Part shown: positions 53,401 to 62,400 of the stretch, piece by piece
Numbering within the stretch: position 1 is the stretch's first letter
Layout of the letters: each line of letters starts with the position of its first letter
DNA from: Pristiophorus japonicus
Lineage: Eukaryota
Direction of reading: 5' to 3'
NCBI RefSeq assembly: GCF_044704955.1
Contig: NC_091991.1
Coordinates: 140,616,001-140,680,000 of the forward strand
DNA: 64,000 nt
Notes under the pieces: model-generated
What the model was told of the DNA's origin: nothing
What the model saw: the letters and a program-made list of their open reading frames with translations, nothing else
Databases searched by the model: none
Position numbers and translations under genes: made by a program

Positions 53401-56400
53401 TATCTTCTGCAGTAACCTTTTGTGTGGCACCTTATCGAATGCCTTTTGGAAATCTAAATACACCACATCCATCGGTACACCTCTATCCACCATGCTCGTT
53501 ATATCCTCAAAGAATTCCAGTAAGTTAGTTAAACTTGATTTCCCTTTCATGAATCCATGTTGCGTCTGCTTGATTGCACTATTCCTATCCAGATGTCCCG
53601 CTATTTCTTCCTTAATGATAGTTTCAAGCATTTTCCCCACTACAGATGTTAAACTAACCGGCCTATAGTTACCTGCCTTTTGCCTGCCCCCTTTTTTAAA
53701 CAGAGGCGTTACATTAGCTCTCCAGAGTCCAGAGAATTTTGGTAGATTATAACAAATGCATCTGCTATAACTTCCGCCATCTCTTTTAATACCCTGGGAT
53801 GCATTTCATCAGGTCCAGGGGACTTGTCTACCTTCAATCCCATTAGTCTGTCCAGCACTACCTCCCTAGTGATAGTGATCATCTCAAGGTCCTCCCTTCC
53901 CACATTCCTATAACCAGCAATTTTTGGCATGGTTTTTGTGTCTTCCACTGTGAAGACGGAAGCAAAATAATTGTTTAAGGTCTCAGCCATTTCCACATTT
54001 CCCATTATTAAATCCCCCTTTTCAACTTCTAAGGGACCAACATTTACTTTAGTCACTCTTTTCCAAGGCAAAAAACAAAAAGGGCCACTGAATATAAAGG
54101 GGCTGCAGGAAGGGTCAAAACTAAAAATCATGGTTAAAAACTAGTATTAAAACACTCTACCTAAACGCACGCAGCATTCGAAATAAAGTAAATGAGTTGA
54201 AGGCACAAATCATTACAAATGGGTATGATTTGGTGGCCATTACAGAAACGTGGTTGCAGGGTGGCCAAGACTGGGAATTAAACATACAGGGGTATCTGAC
54301 GATTCGGAAAGATAGACAAGGGGGGAAAGGAGGTGGGGTAGCTCTGTTAATAAAGGATGATATCAGGGCAGTTGTGAGAGACGATATTGGCTCTAATGAA
54401 CAAAATGTTGAATCATTGTGGGTGGAGATTAGCGATAGTAAGGGGAAAAAGTCACTGGTGGGCGTAGTTTATAGGCCCCCAAATAATAACTTCACGGTGG
54501 GGCGGACAATAATCAAGGGAATAATGGAGGCATGTGAAAAAGGAACAGCAGTAATCATGGGGGATTTTAACCTACATATCGATTGGTCAAATCAAATCGC
54601 ACGGGGTAGCCTGGAGGAGGAATTCATAGAATGCATACGGGATTGTTTCTTAGAACAGTATGTTACAGAACCTACAAGGGAGCAAGCTATCTTAGATCTG
54701 GTCCTGTGTAATGAGGCAGGAATAATAAACAATCTCCCAGTAAAAGATCCTCTCGGAATGAGTGATCACAGTATGGTTGAATTTGTAATACAGATTGAGG
54801 ATGAGAAAGTTGTGTCTCAAATGAGTGCACTATGCTTAAACAAAGGGGACTACAGTGGGATGAGGGAAGAGTTGGCTGAAGTAGACTGGAAACACAGACT
54901 AAACGGTGACACAATTGAGGAACAGTGGAGAACTTTAAAGGAGCTCTTTCATAGTGCTCAACAAAAATATATTCCAGTGAAAAATGGCAGTAAGAGAAGG
55001 GATAACCAGCCGTGGATAACCACGGAAATAAAGGAGAGTATCAAATTCAAAACCAATGCGTATAAGGTGGCCAAGGTTAGTGGGAAAATAGAAGATTGTG
55101 AAAATTTTAAACGACAGCAAAGAATGACTAAGAAAGCAATAAAGAAAGGAAAGATAGATTACGAAGGTAAACTTGCGCAAAACATAAAAACGGATAGTAA
55201 AAGCTTTTACAGATATATAAAACGGAAAAGAGTGACTAAAGTAAATGTTGGTCCCTTAGAAGATGAGATGGGGGATTTAATAATGGGAAATGTGGAAATG
55301 GCTGAGACCTTAAACAATTATTTTGCTTCAGTCTTCACAGTGGAAGACACAAAAACCATGCCAAAAATTGCTGGTCACAGGAATGTGGGAAGGGAGGACC
55401 TTGAGACAATCACTATCACTAGGGGGGTAGTGCTGGACAGGCTAATGGGACTGAAGGTAGACAAGTCCCCTGGTCCTGATGAAATGCATCCCAGGGTATT
55501 AAAGAGATGGCAGAAGTTATAGCAGATGCATTCGTTATAATCTACCAAAAGTCTCTGGACTCTGGGGAGGTACCAGCGGATTGGAAAACAGCTAATGTAA
55601 CACATCTGTTTAAAAAAGGGGGCAGACAAAAGGCAGGTAACTATAGGCCGGTTAGTTTAGCGTCTGTAGTGGGGAAAATGCTTGAAACTATCATTAAGGA
55701 AGAAATAGTGGGACATCTAGATAGGAATAGTGCAATCAAGCAGACGCAGCATGGATCCATGAAGGGGAAATCATGTTTAACTAATTTACTGGAATTCTTT
55801 GTGGATATAACGAGCATGGTGGATAGAGGTGTACCGATGGATGTGATGTATTTAGATTTTCAAAAGGCATTCGATAAGGTGCCACACAAAAGGTTACTGC
55901 AGAAGATAAGGGTACGCGGAGTCAGAGGAAATGTATTAGCATGGATAGAGAATTGGCTGGCGAACAGAAAGCAGAGTCGGGATAAATGGGTCCTTTTCGG
56001 GTTGGAAACCGGTGGTTAGTGGTGTGCCACAGGGATCGGTGCTGGGACCACAACTGTTTACAATATACATAGATGACCTGGAAGAGGGGACAGAGTATAG
56101 TGTAACAAAATTTGCAGATGACACAAAGATTAGTGGGAAAGTGGGTTGTGTAGAGGACACAGAAAGGCTGGAAAGAGATTTAGATAGGTTAAGCGAATGG
56201 GCTAAGGTTTGGCAGATGGAATACAATGTCGGAAAGTGTGAGGTCATCCACCTTGGGAAAAAAAACAGTAAAAGGGAATATTATTTGAATGGAGAGAAAT
56301 TACAACATGTTGCGGTGCAGAGGGGGACCTGGGGGTCCTTGTGCATGAAACTCTTTTAGAGTCTACCTGCAAAACATAAAACATTAAATCGTGACACCCG

Positions 56401-59400
56401 ACCTGGGTGACACACCAGACATTTACAAGGCCCTTTTTTTTCCTTTTTTTTGTTTTTTTTTTAGTTTTTCTTTCTTTTTTTTTGGGCACTAAAATCACAA
56501 TTTTCCAGTGCCCCCTATAAAAGGGAAGGGGACACTAAAAGCACCGGCATTTAAAACAAATTAAACTTTAAAACGTAAAATCAAATTAAAATTTGGTTGC
56601 CGGGCGTGATGATGCACTCCAGTCCCTCCGGTGCCCACCTCTCGCGGAAGGCCGCGAGCGTACCGGTGGACACCGCGTGCTCCATCTCCAAGGACACCCT
56701 GGACCGGATGTAAGAGCGGACGAGAGGCAGGCAGTCAGGTTGAACGACCCCCTCGACCGCCCGCTGCCTGGACCGGCTGATGGCACCCTTGGCCGTGCCC
56801 AGGAGCAGTCCTACGAGGAGGCCTTCGGACCTACCCGCTCCCCTCCGCACAGGGTGCCCAAAGATCAGGAGAGTGGGACTGAAGTGCAGCCAGAATTTCA
56901 GGAGCAGCCCCTTCAAATAATAAAACAGGGGCTGCAACCTTGTGCATTCCATAAAAACATGGAACACGGACTCTTCCAGACCGCAGAAATTGCAGGCGGC
57001 CTGGGAGTCCGTGAACCGGCTTAAAAATTTGTTGCACGGCACTGCTCCGTGCACCACCCTCCAGGCCAAGTCCCCGATGAATAGTGGGAGGACCCCTGCG
57101 TAGAGTGCCCTCCATCGGGGACCCCCGCCTCCTCCGGACGGCAAGACGATATGCCAAGACGGAAAGTCGCGAGCTGGGCGCTGACGCACACCAACGACTG
57201 ACCGCCCTCCTCAAGCGGGAGACTCAAGACCGCGGCAGAGGCCCAGTGCTTCCTGTTGTTCCAGAAGAAGTCCACCAGCTTCTTCTGTATCTTGGCGACA
57301 AACGCAGGGGGAGGGGTCAAAGTGACCAGCCGGTACCACAGCATTGCGGCCACCAGCTGGTTTATGACTAGCGCTCGACCCCTGTAGGATAGCACTCGGA
57401 GCAGTCCTGTCCAGCGCCCTAGGCGAGCGGCGACCTTGGCCTCCAGCTCCTGCCAGTTCGCCGGCCAGGCTCCCTCGTCGGGGCTAAGGTAGACTCCCAG
57501 ATAGAGGAGATGGGTCGTGCTCCAGGCAAAAGGCCCGAGCTCCTCCGGCAGGGAGTCCACCCGCCACTGACCCACCAGAAGTCCGGAACATTTCTCCCAG
57601 TTGATCCTGGCGGAGGACGCGGCCGAGTAAATCTCCTGGCACTCTCGCATCCTCCGCAGGTCAGCGGGATCCTCTACCGCGAGGAGCACGTCATCGGCGT
57701 AAGCCGAGAGGACGACCTCCACGCCCGGCCCTTGCAGAGCCAGTCCCGTCAACCTCGTCCGCAAGAGGCGCAGGAAAGGCTCCACGCAAACGGCGTATAA
57801 CTGGCCGGACATGGGGCATCCCTGGCGCACCCCTCTCCTAAAGCGAAGGGGCGCCGTCAGGGACCCGTTAACCTTAATCAGACACTCTGCGGCGGCGTAC
57901 AAAAGTCGGATCCGGGCGACGAAATGCGTCCCGAACCCGAAAGCACGCAGAGTTCCGAGCAGATAGTCGTGATCCACCCTGTCAAACGCCTTCTCTTGGT
58001 CGAGGGATAGGAAGGCGACCGACAGACCAGCCTCCTGGGAACAATGGATGAGGTCCCGGACCAGATGGATGTTATCGTGGATTGTCCGGCCCGGGACCGT
58101 GTAGGACTGGTCGGGGTGGATCATGTGGTCCAGCACGGCACCAAGGCGAGCAGACATCGCCCTGGCGAAGATTTTGTAGTCCGTACTGAGGAGGGAGACC
58201 GGGCGCCAGTTCTTAAGGAGGCGGAGATCGCCCTTCTTAGGCAGCAGGACGATGACTGCCCTGCGCCAAGAGAGGGGTATCTCCCCGGTCACCAGACTTT
58301 CCCCCAGGACCCGCGCGTAGTCGCTCCCCAGGACGTCCCAAAACGCCCTGTGGAACTCCACGGTCAGCCCGTCCAGCCCCGGGGATTTTCCCCTCGAGAG
58401 CCGGTCGAGGGCACCGGTCAGCTCCGCCAGGCTTAGCGGAGCTTCCAGATTTTCGGCGCCCTCCGGGCTGACCTTCGGCAGGTCCTCCCACAAAACTCTA
58501 CGCGCTTCCTCGCTGGACGGATCCGGAGAGAACAGAGCCCCGTAATATTCACGGGCCCTGTTGTTGACGCCCTCCGGATCCGAGACGAGAGAGCCGTCGT
58601 CGGCCAGCAGCGTCAAGAGCTGCTTACGGACACTCTGCCTTTTTTCCAGCGAGTAGAAGGGGGAGCCGCGGTCCAGATCCCGCAGGAACCGGATCCGCGA
58701 CCTCACGAACGCGCCTCGGGACCCGACGAGCTGCAGGTCCTTCAGCGCGGCCTTCTTCGCTTCGTACACCGTCCGCAGGGCCGGGTCCTGGACGACTTGA
58801 CCGAGACGGGCTTCCAGGTCGAACACCTCTTTTTCTAGGCGCCCGACTCTGGCCGCCCGCAAAAAGTTAGTTTGCAGGTGCAGCAGGTAATCAGGAAAGC
58901 AAATGGAATGTTGTCCTTCATTGCGAGAGGGATGGAGTACAAAAGCAGGGAGGTCCTGCTGCAACTGTATAGGGTATTGGTGAGGCCACACCTGAAGTAC
59001 TGCGTGCAGTTTTGGTCACCTTACTTAAGGAAGGATATACTAGCTTTGGAGGGGGTACAGAGACGATTCACGAGGCTGATTCCGGAGATGAGGGGGTTAC
59101 CTTATCATGATAGATTGAGTAGACTGGGTCTTTACTCGTTGGAGTTCAGAAGGATGAGGGGGGATCTTATAGAAACATTTAAAATAATGAAAGGGATAGA
59201 CAAGATTGAGGCAGAGAGGTTGTATAAAACATGAGGCACTTTACAGAGCAAAACTAAGAACATTGAATAATAGCCTAGAGATTGCAAAAAGGTGGAGATC
59301 GGGTTCAGTGGCATAGTAGCAACGTACGCAGATGAAAACAAGCAGTTTCTATGATGGAGAGGATACGAGATTTGAAACTCAGCTCAGCATTAAACAGCAT

Positions 59401-62400
59401 ATCCAGTATGCTCTTGCTCTGCCTAAGTGAAAAGCCAGGGATAGATATGGAATCAGCATTAAAGCAAGCAGGGAGTTTAAGGCAGCTGACAAAGAAATGG
59501 TTTGGATCTTCCTGAAATTCGGATGAAGGAATTTGTGACTTGTCCATGACTTGATGTCTGACATCAGAAATGTGGTGGAGAAATGGAAAATGAGGAAGGA
59601 TGGGCCAAGGATAGGTCCTTTAGAGGGGCTCTAGAGGTGAAGGCATGGGAAGGGAAGCAAGGCGATTGTTGGAGATATACTGGCTGTGATCCAATAGTCA
59701 AGAGCAGAGACCCACCATCCACAGAGTTGGAAAATTAAGTGGCAGTGAAGGAGAGCATCATAATAAACCATGTCAAATGCTAGGAAAAGATCGAGGAAGA
59801 CAAGGAGATATAAGACATCATAGTCAGTCATTTTGAATGTCATCTATGATTGTAGCCATAGTGATCTCAGTGGTGACACATGACAGAAGCTCGACTGGAA
59901 AGGTTCAAAAAGAGAGTTTCAGGATATATTTAGGAGGCAACACCACTTTCAAGGATCTTGAGGGGCGGGGGTTTAGAAATGGGTTTATTAGATAAGATGG
60001 ATAGTTTGAGGATTTTCTTTGGATTGGGGGTGTAAGCAGGAGTTTTGAAAGGGATAGTGACAGTGCTCGAGGAAAGTGAACTGTTCAGGTGTTTAAAGTG
60101 ATTCAAGGATTTGACAGGGTAGATAGAGGAACTATTTCCTCTGGTGGGGAGGGGGGAAAGAGGAGAGAGTTCAGAACTAGGGGGTATAACCTTAAAATTA
60201 GAGTTGACCGTTCGGGATGGAGTCAGGAAGCACTTCTTCACACAAAAATAGTGCAAATCTGGAGGGGTTTTACGAGGATGTTGCCTGGACTGTGGAATTT
60301 TAAGCTATGAGGAAAGATTGGATAGGCTGGGTTTGTTTTCTTTGAAACAGAGGAGGCTGAGGGGAGACCTTATTGAGGTGCATAACATTATGAGGGGCCT
60401 GGATAGAGTGGATAGGAAGGACCTATTTCCCATAGCAGAGGAGTCAACAACCAGGGGGCATAGATTTAAAGTAATTGGTCGGTGGTTTAGAGGGGGTTTG
60501 AGGGGAATTTTTTTCACCCAGGAGGGTGGTGGGGGTCTCGAATTCACTGTCCGAGAGGCAGAAACCCTCACCACATTTAAAAAATACTTAGATATGCACT
60601 TGGAAGTGCCGTAACCTACAAGGCTACTGACCAAGAGCTGAAAAGTGGGACTAGGCTGGATAGCTCTGTCGGCCGGCGCAGACACGATGGGCCAAAATGG
60701 CCGCCTTCTGTGCTGTAAATTTCTATGATTCTATGATTCAAAAAGCTGTTTGAGCTCGTGTTGAAAAATTAAAAACTAAAATGCAGGTGTCAGGTTGAAT
60801 ATTGTCTATTCACTTGATGTTGAAATAATTAATTATCAATAGATGGATTTTTTTTTAAAACATCAATTTTTTTTCATTTCTTTCTTCTTGCTAATCTTTG
60901 AGGAAAATAGGGTGCTCCATCTCATCTTTACTACACATCCTCCAATTTGGCCCATGGCTTACCCAGTAGACAATCTTAATAAAGAATATTGAACTATGCC
61001 TTTTCAAGTGTATGTAAAAAAAATAAAGTAACTACTTACTGGTCTTCCGTTCCAAAGAATTTTACAAAGAAGCACTTTTTCCCCCGTGGTTTCTTTAGGT
61101 CTTTGGGCGGATTAACAATCTTAAAAAAGAAAAAAGTTCAAATACTGATAATTCATTGTAAATTGGTTATACAGACACAAATACGAACCAATGTTCCCCA
61201 AGAGAAAAAAAGTTAGAATTATTTAAGTTACGGTGGTCATTACAATGGTTGCTACCGATCAGCACAGCAGTAAATGTCCTATGCCCATTGGTGATACTGC
61301 TGACAACAATTTGAAGATAATTTACTGTATGACCATTATTACATTCCACTAAATGTCACAAATACAGCGTTCACTGCAACAGAACTGTGCATTATATTAA
61401 TATACTAGTTTGAAAGCAAGAGTCTTAAATTGCCGACATGTTCAAATCCAGCTTTATTCCTTTTATAGATACAGTACCGCCTGTACGCTAAAATTTTTAC
61501 TAATCAACTGATTTGATAAATCCACGAAGTGGTATTTTCACGTCCTGCAGAAAGTGCAATTTCTTAGAAGAATGTAATTAACCCATCAGAATAGGACATC
61601 AGACATTGTGCAAGTCAAAAACACGACAATAGCCAACTAACCAATTTCAAGATTACATATTTTTGCACTACTTGCTCAGTTATACCTATTAACTACCCAG
61701 TAACTGACTTAGTCACCTGCTCACACACACCATATTGACCTGCATGGCATAACCTATGGAGAATTTGATCCTACAGTTTTACTGAGTAAAACACTGATCT
61801 CCCTAAAAGTTTTTTGGGGGGGGAAAACATTTTTAAAACTTCACAACCGAGTTTCATTAATTCACTGACAAAATCCTAGCCTAACACCAAGACTTTTACA
61901 CTGGATAAAGAGATAAATATGGTTGCCATCTTTAATCAGGTCCAAAACAAGACAAGGCAAGGTTTAGGTACAGCTCAGAAAAATGTCTTAAAAATTCTAT
62001 TGGAACAATTTTTTTTAATTACTATGTGGTTGCATTTCTCCCTATTGCAGGATTTAATGCATCTATTTTCCAGTTTCTCTGTGACTGACTCATGATCAAT
62101 ATTTCTATTATATATTTTGCATTCATTTTTGTACCCAGTTTTTGTATCAGTTTCTATTGAGGCAATCCTTTGCTTTCCAGTTTTTTAAAAACTAGTTTCT
62201 ATTTATTCTGCTGGGCTATCGGTTAGTAATTTTGACTAGTTAATTAGAAACATTATGTTTTTGAGACGTTATATTTTATGTTTATTTTTATACTGTCTCT
62301 CCAGCTCACGCCTTGTCCCAGCTCTGCTGCCACTCATATGAGTCGGAAGAACTCCCTCAGTCTATAAGTAGATTTCTGATTTGGAGCAGAAGCCAAACCA

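Larger units (their letters stand above)
51230..59223 (+). mobile_element. Host CR1 LINE with 5'UTR, ORF1 (zinc finger/leucine zipper + esterase, ATG 51400) and ORF2 (from ~54130), interrupted by two insertions and lacking its 3' end
   Basis: [19 protein letters not shown]1 N-terminus; ORF2 pieces 54197-55522, 55507-56019, 56012-56351 and 58861-59223 join seamlessly across the inserts. Confidence 0.92.

Noticed and set aside
57021-58991. 656-aa ORF as an intact gene
   Set aside because: Chimeric: the first ~44 aa are antisense CR1, the remainder is a 5'-truncated Tx1 ORF2 with no endonuclease and an out-of-frame end
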